DNA of 32,000 nt from NCBI RefSeq assembly GCF_001306055.1, contig NZ_LGHJ01000018.1:60001-92000 (forward strand), given 5' to 3'. Positions 1 through 10,150 of the stretch are shown piece after piece (position 1 is the stretch's first letter; each line of letters starts with the position of its first letter). This DNA comes from Bellilinea caldifistulae (GTDB lineage: Bacteria; Chloroflexota; Anaerolineae; Anaerolineales; Anaerolineaceae). The translations under genes and the position numbers were made by a program. A model generated the notes under the pieces. It was not told the origin of the DNA. It ran no database searches and saw nothing but the letters and a program-made list of their open reading frames with translations.

Positions 1-753
1 ATCAAGGTGAATACAGGGATGAACCGCCTGGGAATTGCTCCGCAGGATGCCGTCGAGTTCACCCGCTGGGTTTCTGGTCTTCCCGGCATTGAGGTGGAAG
101 GTGTTTTTACGCACTTTGCGCGGGCAGATGAGCCGGCGGCAGATACGACCGATCGGCAGATACGCATCTTTGATGAGGTGCTTGCCAGCCTGCGTTCAGT
201 CGGGATTCAACCGAAACTTTTCCATGCTTCCAATTCTGCGGCGGTTTTTAACTACCCGCAAGCGGCTTATGATATGGTGCGTTGCGGGATTGCATTGTAT
301 GGGCTGCATCCCTCCCCTGAAACCCTGCTGCCGGCAACATTCAGGCCTGCGTTGACCCTGAAAACTCGCCTGACAAGCATTCGGGAACTGGATGCTGGGG
401 AAGGAGTCGGCTACAACTACCGCTACTACACGTCCAAGAAAGAGCGGATTGGCACCATCGCAATTGGTTATGCGGATGGTTTTCGAAGGGTGATGGGCAA
501 CAAAGTGCTGGTTAACGGCGTCGAGGTCCCTGTGGTTGGATCGGTTTGTATGGATCAATGTATGATTTCATTGGATGGCATTCAGGGCGTTCAGGTTGGG
601 GATGAGGTCGTATTAATTGGCAAATCGGGTGGGCTTCAACGCACCGTCGAAGATGTGGCGAAAGAATGGGGCACGGTCAATTACGAAGTGGTCTGCGGAA
701 TGGCAGACCGCCTGACACGAAGATTCATTCACTCCAATGATAAGAAAGGCTAG
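1..753 (+). CDS. alr: Alanine racemase, C-terminal ~250 aa (5' end lies upstream of the window)
   Basis: Frame 1 is open from base 1 (IKVNTGMNRLGI...) to stop TAG 751-753. By-eye motifs match PLP-dependent alanine racemase (NTGMNRLG, FTHFARAD, ALYGLHPSP, IGYADGF, SVCMDQ). Confidence 0.85.
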   Translation: MKVNTGMNRLGIAPQDAVEFTRWVSGLPGIEVEGVFTHFARADEPAADTTDRQIRIFDEVLASLRSVGIQPKLFHASNSAAVFNYPQAAYDMVRCGIALYGLHPSPETLLPATFRPALTLKTRLTSIRELDAGEGVGYNYRYYTSKKERIGTIAIGYADGFRRVMGNKVLVNGVEVPVVGSVCMDQCMISLDGIQGVQVGDEVVLIGKSGGLQRTVEDVAKEWGTVNYEVVCGMADRLTRRFIHSNDKKG

Positions 754-755
754 TC

Positions 756-2456
756 ATGCAAAAAGTTGCCTCAAAACGCTGGAAACTGGCAGAAAAAATA
801 CCACCGGAAATCGAACAGGCATTGAGTTATTATCCGGCTTTCTTTCGTCAGGTATTGTATAACCGCGGCATTACCAGTACCGAGCAGGCCATGGCTTTTC
901 TCAGTCCGGGCGAAGATTTTCACGACCCCATGATGCTCCTAAATATGGCGGGGGTGGTAGAACGACTGCTGTATGCCATTGATCATCATGAACCGATTGC
1001 CGTTTATGGGGATTATGATGTGGACGGAGTCAGCGCAACGGCTTTGCTGGTAGAAACCATTCAATTACTGGGTGGAAATGTCACCGCATACATCCCCAAC
1101 CGCTTTGAAGAGGGTTACGGTTTGAACATTGAAGCGCTGGGTCATTTACGGGAGCAAGGCATTCGTCTGGTATTAACGGTGGATTGTGGGATTCGTTCGT
1201 TACAGGAGGCAGAGCATGCCAGACAGATTGGATTGGACTTAATCATCAGTGACCACCATCACCCATTGGATGAAATTCCGCCGGCAAATTTTGTGATTTG
1301 CCCCAAACAAAACGGTGACGAATATCCGGAGAAAAATCTGGCGGGGGTGGGGGTTGCCTATAAAATTGCTCAGGCATTACTTCGGCAGCGCCGGAAAGAA
1401 CTGCCACGCGAAGGATTTGGCCTGGATCTGGTGGCATTAGGCACGGTTGCGGATGTTGTGCCGCTCACCGGCGAGAACCGGCTTTTGGTGCGGGCTGGAT
1501 TGAAAGAGTTGAGGCGTGGTGGGCGCACCGGTTTGCGTTCCCTGGCTCAGGCTGCCCGACTCAATCTTGGGGCATTGAGTACTTCCGACATTGGATTTGG
1601 TTTAGCGCCGCGTTTGAATGCCGCCGGGAGGTTAGAATCGGCGCTGGCTTCTTACCAGCTGCTGCTTGAGAGGGATATTCAGCAAATTGGCATGCTGGTT
1701 CAGCATCTGGATGATCAAAACCGCGAACGGCAAAAAATCACTACTGAGATGCAAAAACGAGCCGAAGAGCTCATTCAGGAGGAGGGATTCGAGGAAATCC
1801 TGTTTGCTTTTGATGAAAGTTTCAATCCTGGGGTTGTCGGCCTGGTGGCAGGTAAGTTAACCGAAAGTTACTACCGTCCGGCGGTGGTGGGACATATCAA
1901 TGGGGAATATGTGCGGGCTTCCTGCCGGAGTATCCCCGCTTTTCACATCACTCAGGCATTGGATGCCTGTGCCGATCTGATGGTACATCATGGGGGACAT
2001 GCGCTGGCGGCGGGTTTTACCATCCATCGGGATCGTTTAGCCGAGCTCAAACAGCGGCTTGCAAAAATTGCCTTTGAGCAATTGGGAGATTTAGATTTAC
2101 GTCCCGTGCTACGGGCTGATGTGGAAATTCCGCTGGGTGAACTGCACCCGGAATTTTTGAAGTACTTGTATCTACTGGAACCAACCGGAATGGATAACCC
2201 GGAGGTCTTTTTTGTTTCGCGCAATGTACGCACTTCCAATGCCCGGGCAATTGGTGCGGATGGAAAACACCTCAAATTTTTAGTGACCGATGGGTGGATT
2301 ACGTACGACGCGGTTGCTTTCCGGCAGGGACATTGGATGGAAGCCGGTTTACCAAAAGAGGTAGATATCCTATACCGCTTCGAGATGAATACCTTTAACG
2401 GGCGGGAAAGTTTACAGCTAAATGTAGTGGATATCAAACCCGCTGGCGGGGATTGA
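756..2456 (+). CDS. recJ: Single-stranded-DNA-specific exonuclease RecJ (DHH/DHHA1 family)
   Basis: 566-aa ORF whose ATG follows 2 nt after the alr stop. Motifs are DHH-family: YGDYDVDGVSA, VDCG, ISDHHH, HGGHALAAG. Length is typical of bacterial RecJ. Confidence 0.9.
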   Translation: MQKVASKRWKLAEKIPPEIEQALSYYPAFFRQVLYNRGITSTEQAMAFLSPGEDFHDPMMLLNMAGVVERLLYAIDHHEPIAVYGDYDVDGVSATALLVETIQLLGGNVTAYIPNRFEEGYGLNIEALGHLREQGIRLVLTVDCGIRSLQEAEHARQIGLDLIISDHHHPLDEIPPANFVICPKQNGDEYPEKNLAGVGVAYKIAQALLRQRRKELPREGFGLDLVALGTVADVVPLTGENRLLVRAGLKELRRGGRTGLRSLAQAARLNLGALSTSDIGFGLAPRLNAAGRLESALASYQLLLERDIQQIGMLVQHLDDQNRERQKITTEMQKRAEELIQEEGFEEILFAFDESFNPGVVGLVAGKLTESYYRPAVVGHINGEYVRASCRSIPAFHITQALDACADLMVHHGGHALAAGFTIHRDRLAELKQRLAKIAFEQLGDLDLRPVLRADVEIPLGELHPEFLKYLYLLEPTGMDNPEVFFVSRNVRTSNARAIGADGKHLKFLVTDGWITYDAVAFRQGHWMEAGLPKEVDILYRFEMNTFNGRESLQLNVVDIKPAGGD

Positions 2457-2474
2457 TCTCGAATGGAAGGCGGC

Positions 2475-3158
2475 TTAATCTACGAAACGATACTTGATCA
2501 AAGCCCATAAGGCCTCAAAGGCATCCCAGGCTTTGATTTTTTTGCCTTCCGAATAATCGCGTGGATTGAAGGCAATTGGCACTTCGTAGATGCGTATCTT
2601 TCGTTTGAGAATTTTGGCGGTGAATTCCGGTTCAAACTCAAATCTGCGGGCATGCAGGGGAATATCTTTGATGATTTCCCGTTTGAATACTTTGTAACCG
2701 GTTTCCATATCGCTCAGAATATTGTTGTAGAGGATGTTGGTGATCATGGTCAATAACTTATTGGCGACCATGTTCCAGAATAAAATCGGACGGCGTGCAG
2801 CCCCCAAAAAGCGCGATCCATACACGACATCGGCGATTCCATCCCGAATCGGCTGCAAAAGATTGGGGTATTCTCGCGGGTCGTATTCCAGATCGGCATC
2901 CTGAATAATGATGACATCACCTGTAGCATTTTGAATGCCGGTTCTTACGGCAGCCCCCTTGCCCATATTCTTTTCATGGAAAATGGTACGGATTTCACCT
3001 TTTTGTTCCAACTCGCTTAAAATTTCGCGGGTGCCGTCCCTCGAACCGTCATCCACTACCAGGATTTCATCTGCTAAACCGGTTGATTGGACGCGCTGGA
3101 TAATCTCGGAAATTGTTTTACGTTCGTTATAAGCCGGTATGATGACAGAAATTTTCAT
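2475..3158 (-). CDS. Family 2 glycosyltransferase (Dpm1/GtrB-like polyprenyl-phosphate sugar transferase type)
   Basis: The track ORF 2475..3440 is trimmed to the ATG at 3158 ([12 protein letters not shown]...). GT-A motifs are present: [27 protein letters not shown]. The longer N-terminus has no family-like sequence and would run over the divergent AAA gene start. Confidence 0.85.
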   Translation of the reverse strand: MKISVIIPAYNERKTISEIIQRVQSTGLADEILVVDDGSRDGTREILSELEQKGEIRTIFHEKNMGKGAAVRTGIQNATGDVIIIQDADLEYDPREYPNLLQPIRDGIADVVYGSRFLGAARRPILFWNMVANKLLTMITNILYNNILSDMETGYKVFKREIIKDIPLHARRFEFEPEFTAKILKRKIRIYEVPIAFNPRDYSEGKKIKAWDAFEALWALIKYRFVD

Positions 3159-3203
3159 GGCGGCAATTATAAGGTATCCGTCCCAAATCAACAAGTCATG
3201 GCG

Positions 3204-3212
3204 TGCTATAAT
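3204..3212 (+). promoter_or_regulatory. Candidate extended -10 promoter element (TGcTATAAT) for the AAA+/GDPD/GH3 operon
   Basis: A perfect TATAAT at 3207-3212 is preceded by TGc, 82 nt upstream of ATG 3294. No convincing -35 is present. Sequence pattern only. Confidence 0.3.
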
Positions 3213-3293
3213 TTGGATGTCGGTTTCCGCACTAGTTGTTTGCTTATTCAGATGAAGTGAAACGGTTTTGAAAACTTTCTTTGGAGGGGTAGG

Positions 3294-4634
3294 ATGACCA
3301 AAACTACTCGCCCGCCAACATCCGCTGCAACAGCAGTACCCACCGGCCCTTTTGTTCCACCGCCGATTAATACCATCGAAGATACCGGTCTGAATCCGTT
3401 GTGGCTTCAAGATCTGGCTCTGAAAATATTTTATTTTCAAGGGTATATGAGCGGTTTCAAACTGGCCGAGGAAATCGCCCTGCCGTTTACCGGCGTGCTC
3501 AGCCAGATTTTAGATGCCCTGAAACGCGAAAAATTAATCGAGGTACGTTCGTCGCAAGCAGGAGTGGGGGAGGGCGCTTATATTTACGCTATTACAGGCG
3601 CGGGTATTGCCAGAGCAAGGGAGGCTCTAGAGCGGTCACAATACGCTGGCCCTGCGCCGGTTCCGTTGGAAATGTACAATGATGCGATTCGACGCCAAAG
3701 CCGCGGCCGACTACAGGTGACGAATCGCGTAATGCGGCAGGTGCTTTCCCATGTAGTTCTTTCGGAAGACACGTATCAGCGTTTAGGCCCGGCAGTTAAT
3801 TCGGGAATGTCTATTTTTCTCTACGGCCCTCCGGGCAATGGCAAAACGACGATTGCCCGAGCCATTGGCAACCTGATTCAAGCCCAGAAAATGTACATCC
3901 CTTACGCAATTTATGTGGATGGGCAGGTGATAACCCTGTACGATTCGGTCAATCACCAACTGGCTGGCGAGGAAGATGCCTCTATGCAAGGTACCGGCGG
4001 ACTGCGTTCCACCGTGCGGCGCGATCCACGCTGGGTGCAGATTCGGCGCCCCTTTATTGTAACCGGCGGCGAGTTAACCATGGCGGGGCTGGATCTGGTC
4101 TTTGACGATACGCTGAAGTATTACGAAGCCCCGTTTCAGATCAAGGCGAATGGCGGCATTCTCCTGATTGACGACTTTGGCCGCCAGCAAGTCCGACCGC
4201 GCGATCTGCTCAACCGCTGGATTGTACCGCTCGAAAATCGGATTGATTACATGAGCCTGCACACCGGCAGAAAATTTGAAGTGCCTTTTGATGTGCTGGT
4301 GATCTTTTCAACTAATCTGCCGCCCAAAGAGCTGGTAGATGAGGCGTTTTTACGCCGATTGCGCCATAAAATTGAAATCACCGATCCGAATTACGAGGAG
4401 TACCGGGAGATTTTCAAGCGAGTGGCGGCGCAAAAAGGTGTGGCTTACAACGATCAAGGGTTGGCTTATCTACTTCAAGAATACTACATTAAAGCAAATC
4501 GAAAATTGAGGGCGTCTCATCCCCGTGATTTGTGTGATCAAATTCTGGATATCTCCCGTTATCTTGGAATGGAGCCGGAAATGTCCAAGGAGTTAATTGA
4601 CCGCGCGGTGAAGTCCTACTTTGTGGAATTATGA
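3294..4634 (+). CDS. Uncharacterised AAA+ family ATPase with N-terminal winged-helix-like region
   Basis: 446-aa ORF with GGAGG 6 nt upstream of the ATG. It has Walker [10 protein letters not shown], Walker B LLIDDFG and an AAA-type FLRRL segment. The N-terminal ~110 aa look like a small DNA-binding/wHTH-like domain; that part is inference. Confidence 0.75.
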   Translation: MTKTTRPPTSAATAVPTGPFVPPPINTIEDTGLNPLWLQDLALKIFYFQGYMSGFKLAEEIALPFTGVLSQILDALKREKLIEVRSSQAGVGEGAYIYAITGAGIARAREALERSQYAGPAPVPLEMYNDAIRRQSRGRLQVTNRVMRQVLSHVVLSEDTYQRLGPAVNSGMSIFLYGPPGNGKTTIARAIGNLIQAQKMYIPYAIYVDGQVITLYDSVNHQLAGEEDASMQGTGGLRSTVRRDPRWVQIRRPFIVTGGELTMAGLDLVFDDTLKYYEAPFQIKANGGILLIDDFGRQQVRPRDLLNRWIVPLENRIDYMSLHTGRKFEVPFDVLVIFSTNLPPKELVDEAFLRRLRHKIEITDPNYEEYREIFKRVAAQKGVAYNDQGLAYLLQEYYIKANRKLRASHPRDLCDQILDISRYLGMEPEMSKELIDRAVKSYFVEL

Positions 4635-5386
4635 ATCGACTTTTTGAATTACCCAAACCGATTATTTTTGCCCATCGAGGGGCCTCGGCTTATGCCCCGG
4701 AGAACACAATGGCAGCCTTCCGCCTGGCCGCCCAACAAGGAGTAGAAGCGATTGAACTGGATGCCAAACTTTCAGCGGATGGTGAAGTCATTGTTATTCA
4801 CGACAAAACCGTTGACCGAACTACCAACGCAAAAGGCGCGGTGAGCCAATTCAGCCTGCGGGATTTTCAACAAATGGATGCAGGCAGTTATTTTTCTGAG
4901 GAATTTCGTGGTGAGTCGGTGCCGGCGTTGCGGCAGGTATTTGAGGAATTCGGACGGAAACTTTATATCAATGTTGAGCTGACCAATTACGCTACCCCGC
5001 GTGATCCGCTGCCGGAAAAAGTGGCGGAATTAGTTCGGCTGTTTCATCTGGAGGATTGGGTTTTATTTTCATCCTTCAATCCGATCAATTTATATCGAAT
5101 CCGGCGACTTCTGCCAGAATGTCCGGTCGGAATTCTGGCGTTGGAAGGATTGGCTGGCTGGCTGGCTCGTTCGTTCATCGGCAGCTGGTTTGCCCCGCAC
5201 ATTGTCCATCCTTATTTGCGGGATGCCACCAAATCCTTTATTCAAAAGCAACATGATCGCCATCGGCGGGTGCATGTGTGGACGGTGAATGATCCGCTGG
5301 ATATTCAACGGTTGTTTGAGGACGGGGCAGATGGTATTTTTACCGATGATCCCGTGGTTGCCCAACAAATTCGGAATCGATTGTGA
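4631..5386 (+). CDS. Glycerophosphodiester phosphodiesterase (GDPD family)
   Basis: 251-aa ORF whose ATG overlaps the upstream stop (ATGA). GDPD motifs are present: FAHRGASAYAPENT, IELDAKLSADGEVIVIHD, VWTVND. Confidence 0.85.
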   Translation: MNRLFELPKPIIFAHRGASAYAPENTMAAFRLAAQQGVEAIELDAKLSADGEVIVIHDKTVDRTTNAKGAVSQFSLRDFQQMDAGSYFSEEFRGESVPALRQVFEEFGRKLYINVELTNYATPRDPLPEKVAELVRLFHLEDWVLFSSFNPINLYRIRRLLPECPVGILALEGLAGWLARSFIGSWFAPHIVHPYLRDATKSFIQKQHDRHRRVHVWTVNDPLDIQRLFEDGADGIFTDDPVVAQQIRNRL

Positions 5387-8211
5387 ACGGACTTAAACAT
5401 ATGCATTCCACCCAGAAGTGGTTGAATATCCTTTGGATCCTTGTCCTCGTAGCGGGACAGGTTGCCTTGGGGCTTGGACCGGGATCGAGCGCCCAGGCGG
5501 CGAATAACCCTCAAAGTGAGCTCGACACTCGCGTGCGATTGATCATGGATCAGATGACACCGGAGCAGAAAGTTGGTCAGCTATTTCTGGTAACCTTCAA
5601 GGGTACCGATGCCCGACGTGACTCAGCGATTTACCGGTTGATTGTTGATTTTAAAGTGGGCGGAGTCGTGCTGCGCGCTGACAATGATAATTTTGAACCG
5701 GCGGGCAATACCGTTCCGAAAGCGGCTGAGTTGATCCGGGCTCTACAAAATCACGTTTGGGATGCTTCCCAAACCCAGGATCGAACAGCAGGTACGCAGG
5801 TTTTACCTTACATTCCGTTATTCATTGGCATTTCTCAGGAAGGGGATCTCTTTCCCAACGATCAAATTTTTAGCGGGATGACTTCCCTGCCCAGTTTGAT
5901 GGCAATCGGGGCGACCTGGAATCCATCCATGGCCGAAGCCGTTGGAAATGTGATGGGAAAGGAATTGCGGGCAATCGGCTTCAACCTGTACATTGGACCA
6001 TCTCTGGATGTGTTGGAGGTTACGGCAAATTCGGCTAATACATTGGGCGTTCGTACCTTTGGGGGGGATCCTTTCTGGGTAGGCGAGATGGGAAAGGCGT
6101 ATGTGCGTGGTTTGCATTTGGGCAGCCGCGATCAGATGGCGGTGATTGCCAAACATTTTCCGGGACGGGGAGCATCGGACCGCTTGCCGGAAGAAGAAGT
6201 GGCAACGGTGCGCAAATCGCTGGATGCGCTTCGTCAAATCGAACTGGCTCCGTTTTTTGCATCCATGCAAGCCAGTGTGGAGAGTAGAGCCCGGATGGAC
6301 GGGGTGATGGTTTCTCACATTCGCTATCAGGGGTTGCAGGAAAATATCCGTGAAATCACACCGCCCGTCAGTCTTGATGCTGAAGCAATGCGGCAGGTGC
6401 TGACTCTTGAACCGGCAGCCACATGGTATCAAGAAGGCGGCGTGATCGTCAGTGATAATTTGGGCAGTAACGCTGTAAGGCGCTTTTATGACCCGACCGG
6501 CCAGACTTTTGATGCGAGGGCGGTTGCCAGAAATGCCTTTCTGGCAGGGAATGATTTGTTGTATGTGAACAATTTCGTCGAACCCATTGACAACGACAGT
6601 TCCACTACGATTATGAGGGTTTTGGACTCGTTCGCCCAAAAATACCGTGAAGATGCTGCATTTGCCGAACGGGTTGATCAATCGGTAGAACGAATTTTGA
6701 AGTTGAAATTGCGTCTTTTCGGGGAGTTCCGCATTGACCGGGTGCTTCCGCCGGCGAGTCAACTGGCTGAGGTGGGACGATCGCAATCGGTGGCACTTGA
6801 AGTTGCCCGTAAAGCAGCAACCCTGCTCAGCCCTTCGGCAGCGGAATTAAACATACGGCTACCCCGTCCACCCGAAAGCCGCGATCAGATAATTTTTTTC
6901 ACTGACGTGGTGAGTGCACGGCAGTGCAGTACTTGTGGGGAACAGCCGATTTTTTCGGTAGACAGTCTGAAGAATGCGGTTATTCGCTTGTATGGGCCGG
7001 CAGCAGGTGGTTCCATTATTCAGGGTTATTTGTTTTCATATTCCTTCCTTGACCTGAACACCTATTTGAATAATCCGTCAGGTTTGGCTGCTTTGGGGGT
7101 CAATCTGGCTGATGCCGAATGGGTGGTTTTTGCACTTTCAGGTGACAATCCCTCTCACCCGGAATCACAAGCCCTCCGCCGATTATTGAATGAGCGCCCC
7201 GATTTGATTTTGAACAAAAAAGTGATTGTATTTGCGTTTGGGGCACCTTACTTACTGGATGCAACCGATATTGCAAAATTGACGGCCTATTACGGGTTAT
7301 ACAGTAAAGTGCCGGCGTTTGTTGATACGGCTGCCCGAATTTTGTTTCAGGAGCAAAGCGCAAATGGGGCCTCTCCGGTTTCGATCCCCGGAATCGGCTA
7401 CGATATTATCCGGGCAACCTCTCCCAACCCCCTCCAGGTGATATCTCTTTATTTGGATTTTCCGGTTAACCCTGAGATAACGGAGACTCCAATCACGCCT
7501 CAGCCAACCGAAACTCTTGAGTTTAAAGTGGGGGATGTAATCCCCTTTAGAACCGGAATTATTGTGGATCAAAACGGCAATCCGGTACCGGATGGTACCG
7601 TAGTGCGTTTCATCATCAATACGCTGGGTGAAAGCGGTACGACCCAGCAGATTGAAACCGTTACTACCGGCGGGGTCGCTAAGGCAAGTTATCGGATCAA
7701 CCTTCCTTCCACTATTGAAATTCGTGTAGTCAGCGAACCGGCAATGACCTCTCAGATTATTACCATTAACCCTCTGAATGGTGAAGCCAACATTTCCACA
7801 GAGGTACCTACTCCGCAACCCACTCTGACATCCACGCCTACCCTTACTCCGACACCCCAACCGACTGAAGAAGCCGAGGAACTTTCAGAAACCACGCTTG
7901 ATTATGGTTTTTGGGACTGGATGACCATGCTGCTGATTGTAGGAGGAGGGGGTGTGGGCATTGGTTTTATCGGACAACGGCGGATTTCTTTGCGCTGGGG
8001 TTTCCGTTGGGGGATGATGGCCGTCATTGGTGGAATTATGGCTTATCTATATCTGGTCAGCGGCTGGTTTGTGCCGTTAAGCCCCTTGGCCAGCGCAGGG
8101 CGATGGGGGGTGGCCATCAGCAGTCTGATTGGTTTACTCAGCGGTTGGGGAATTGGCTGGCTCTGGCAAATTCGTCTGCAAAAGGCCCAGAAACCTACCC
8201 GCAAGCCTTAA
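5383..8211 (+). CDS. Glycoside hydrolase family 3 (NagZ/beta-N-acetylhexosaminidase-like) with Ig-like domain, Pro/Thr linker and C-terminal 3-TM anchor
   Basis: 942-aa ORF. GTG 5383 overlaps the GDPD stop (GTGA); an alternative ATG lies at 5401. N-terminal signal is [22 protein letters not shown]3 motifs are KVGQLFLV and [11 protein letters not shown] beta-rich Ig-like segment lies near 7500-7760. The PT-rich linker is [19 protein letters not shown], followed by three hydrophobic helices at the C-terminus. Confidence 0.8.
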   Translation: MNGLKHMHSTQKWLNILWILVLVAGQVALGLGPGSSAQAANNPQSELDTRVRLIMDQMTPEQKVGQLFLVTFKGTDARRDSAIYRLIVDFKVGGVVLRADNDNFEPAGNTVPKAAELIRALQNHVWDASQTQDRTAGTQVLPYIPLFIGISQEGDLFPNDQIFSGMTSLPSLMAIGATWNPSMAEAVGNVMGKELRAIGFNLYIGPSLDVLEVTANSANTLGVRTFGGDPFWVGEMGKAYVRGLHLGSRDQMAVIAKHFPGRGASDRLPEEEVATVRKSLDALRQIELAPFFASMQASVESRARMDGVMVSHIRYQGLQENIREITPPVSLDAEAMRQVLTLEPAATWYQEGGVIVSDNLGSNAVRRFYDPTGQTFDARAVARNAFLAGNDLLYVNNFVEPIDNDSSTTIMRVLDSFAQKYREDAAFAERVDQSVERILKLKLRLFGEFRIDRVLPPASQLAEVGRSQSVALEVARKAATLLSPSAAELNIRLPRPPESRDQIIFFTDVVSARQCSTCGEQPIFSVDSLKNAVIRLYGPAAGGSIIQGYLFSYSFLDLNTYLNNPSGLAALGVNLADAEWVVFALSGDNPSHPESQALRRLLNERPDLILNKKVIVFAFGAPYLLDATDIAKLTAYYGLYSKVPAFVDTAARILFQEQSANGASPVSIPGIGYDIIRATSPNPLQVISLYLDFPVNPEITETPITPQPTETLEFKVGDVIPFRTGIIVDQNGNPVPDGTVVRFIINTLGESGTTQQIETVTTGGVAKASYRINLPSTIEIRVVSEPAMTSQIITINPLNGEANISTEVPTPQPTLTSTPTLTPTPQPTEEAEELSETTLDYGFWDWMTMLLIVGGGGVGIGFIGQRRISLRWGFRWGMMAVIGGIMAYLYLVSGWFVPLSPLASAGRWGVAISSLIGLLSGWGIGWLWQIRLQKAQKPTRKP

Positions 8212-9191
8212 CGGATCAGGGTCATCAACAGACTGATGACCATCAATAAACCCGTAATGAAAATCAGACTTTGCTCCAGCGGGTAATTGATAAAACTCCA
8301 GGGGGAAGTGGCTTCGGTTTTAAGGCGAGGGAGGGTGGGACGGTCTCCGAGCAGGCTTTTTCGGAACACCTCAACGGATTCGGGTCGTTCATCGGGATGC
8401 AGCCCCATTGCCCATAAAATGCATCGTTCTGTTCGAAGTGAGATATCGGGGTTAATTTGACGGGGTGGAATCAGACGACTCGGGTCAAGAAATCGTTCGC
8501 GGGCGTCGGCAGGCGGTTCATTGGTTAAGAGGTGGTAGAGTGTTGCACCGAAGGCATAAATATCACTGCGAACATCGGTATGTCCACTGTCACCGCCGTA
8601 CTGTTCCAGGGGGGTGTAGAGCGCCGTACCCTGACCCTGTAAGACGGTAATGGTTACCTCGCCGGGTGCAAGGACTTTTACCAGTCCAAAATCCACCAAT
8701 TTGAGCAAACCGCTGGGGGTTACTTTCAGGTTGGAGGGTTTGATATCGCGGTGCAGGATCGGCGGATTTTGACTGTGAAGATAAGAAAGCGCGCTTGCCA
8801 GTTGATCGGCCCAGTTAAGCACCTCGGCTTCTGAAAGGAAACGATTTTCCTGTTTCGCTTCCATCATGAGAGAACGCAGATCCCTGCCGGGGATAAAATC
8901 CATCACAAGGTAATCACGCGAACCGGTGGAAAAAAAGTCGGAAACTTTGGGTAAGTTGGGATGATCCAAACGCGCCAGAACCGTTGCTTCGCGGAAGAAC
9001 TGATCTCGGGCTTCTTGCAGCAAATCTGGGGGAAGTGAACGATCGTGTTCGACTTCCTTAAGAGCGCATTGACGACCTTCGAGACGGAGATCATCCGCAA
9101 GGTAAATACTGCCCATGCCGCCTTGTCCGATTATGCGGACAATGCGGTAGCGGCCCCGTAAGACTTCTCCGGATTTTAGAGGCAAGGGCAT
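8208..9191 (-). CDS. Hanks-type Ser/Thr protein kinase, C-terminally tail-anchored (no extracytoplasmic domain)
   Basis: 327-aa ORF with kinase motifs [26 protein letters not shown] and DFGL. A single C-terminal TM ([19 protein letters not shown]) ends the protein. Its stop overlaps the GH3 stop by 4 nt on the opposite strand. Confidence 0.9.
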   Translation of the reverse strand: MPLPLKSGEVLRGRYRIVRIIGQGGMGSIYLADDLRLEGRQCALKEVEHDRSLPPDLLQEARDQFFREATVLARLDHPNLPKVSDFFSTGSRDYLVMDFIPGRDLRSLMMEAKQENRFLSEAEVLNWADQLASALSYLHSQNPPILHRDIKPSNLKVTPSGLLKLVDFGLVKVLAPGEVTITVLQGQGTALYTPLEQYGGDSGHTDVRSDIYAFGATLYHLLTNEPPADARERFLDPSRLIPPRQINPDISLRTERCILWAMGLHPDERPESVEVFRKSLLGDRPTLPRLKTEATSPWSFINYPLEQSLIFITGLLMVISLLMTLIR

Positions 9192-9353
9192 TGGTCAGAT
9201 CCCTGTTCTGTGGGGGTCAGGCAGTCTGGTGTCTTTCTCGGCGTGAAACCAGAATGTCTTCAGAATACTTTTACACAAAGTATCGATTCTTTGATATATT
9301 ATACCTTACTGGGTGAGGCAATCATTCCCAATCCTGCATTCTGGAGATGGGCA

Positions 9354-10034
9354 GTGGATTCGCGTAGTGAAGATCAACCGATTTTGATTGCACAAAGCGG
9401 GCCGCTGAACGGCAAGCGGTGGGATATTTTCGATGGAATGACCATTGGACGGGAAAAGGATTGTGATCTGGTAATTCCAGACCGTCAGGTGTCGCGTTAT
9501 CATGCCCGCTTTGAGGTGCACGCGGATCGAACTGTTCTCCATGATCTTTCAAGTAAAAATGGAACATACCGGAACGGCAAGCGGGTTGAAGAACCGGTTG
9601 TTCTTCAGGATGGGGATGTTGTTCAAATAGCGCTGGTTCAGTACTTTGTCTATCTCAGTTCGGATTCAACTTTACCATTGGGAACTGAATTTGAATTACC
9701 TCTTGAAGAAGCCGAGCAAAAGTTCAACAAACGATTGTTTTTGGATAAGTTATCCCGGCGGGTGTGGGTGAATGGACAGGAACTTTTACCGCCGCTTTCG
9801 GTACCTCAATTTCGGTTACTGGAAGCATTGTATGATAACGAGGGAAAGGTTGTTTCAAGGCAGGAATTGGTCGTCGCAGTCTGGGGGGATGAAGAAGCCA
9901 TAGGTGTCTCGGAACAGGCTCTGGATGCCCTGGTGAGACGTCTGCGGGATCGTCTGGCAGTGTTGGATCCCAATCATGCTTATCTGATTACCGTGCGCGG
10001 ATATGGGTTGCGCTTAGACAATCCTCCGGTTTAA
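9354..10034 (+). CDS. FHA domain + OmpR/PhoB-type winged-helix (Trans_reg_C) transcriptional regulator
   Basis: The track ORF starts at GTG 9210, only 18 nt from the divergent kinase start. I prefer the in-frame GTG 9354, which is preceded by GGAG at 9343-9346 with a 7-nt spacer. The FHA core is GKRWDIFDGMTIGREKDCDLVIPDRQVSRYHARF...SKNGTYRNG. The C-terminal wHTH is PQFRLLEALYDNEGKVVSRQEL...RRLRDRL...ITVRGYGLRL. Confidence 0.85.
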   Translation: MDSRSEDQPILIAQSGPLNGKRWDIFDGMTIGREKDCDLVIPDRQVSRYHARFEVHADRTVLHDLSSKNGTYRNGKRVEEPVVLQDGDVVQIALVQYFVYLSSDSTLPLGTEFELPLEEAEQKFNKRLFLDKLSRRVWVNGQELLPPLSVPQFRLLEALYDNEGKVVSRQELVVAVWGDEEAIGVSEQALDALVRRLRDRLAVLDPNHAYLITVRGYGLRLDNPPV

Positions 10035-10150
10035 TTGAGGAGGGTTGACTGTCTGTATTTCCACATTTTTCAAACTGAAAACTAATTGTAAGTTTGAATG
10101 ATTGATTGCCGACGTGCTTTGATTTAGTATTTAATCAAGAGTTTTCCGCA

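Noticed and set aside
2457-2474. Very short or negative spacers between convergent genes (recJ/GT2 18 nt; GH3/kinase -4 nt at 8208-8211; SAM hydrolase/M20 5 nt at 20566-20570) as a special feature
   Set aside because: These are consistent with a generally compact genome. Without transcript data there is no reason to invoke antisense regulation.
3159-3440. N-terminal 94-aa extension of the GT2 ORF (track start 3440)
   Set aside because: The extension overlaps the divergent AAA+ gene and its promoter/RBS and is Cys/Arg-rich nonsense-like sequence. The family-typical [12 protein letters not shown] start occurs at ATG 3158.
5818-6786. 322-aa minus-strand ORF, plus the other antisense ORFs 6035-6262, 6611-6820, 7100-7363 and 7297-7860 inside the GH3 gene
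   Set aside because: All lie antisense within a + strand ORF that carries clear GH3 motifs. Their sequences are Arg/His/Cys-rich, as is typical of antisense frames.
10019-10047. Hairpin CAATCCTCC…GGAGGGTTG spanning the stop codon of the FHA-wHTH gene as a terminator
   Set aside because: The 9-bp stem includes a G-U pair and has an 11-nt loop, and no T-tract follows. The GAGGAGG arm could equally be an SD-like element. The evidence is insufficient to call it.
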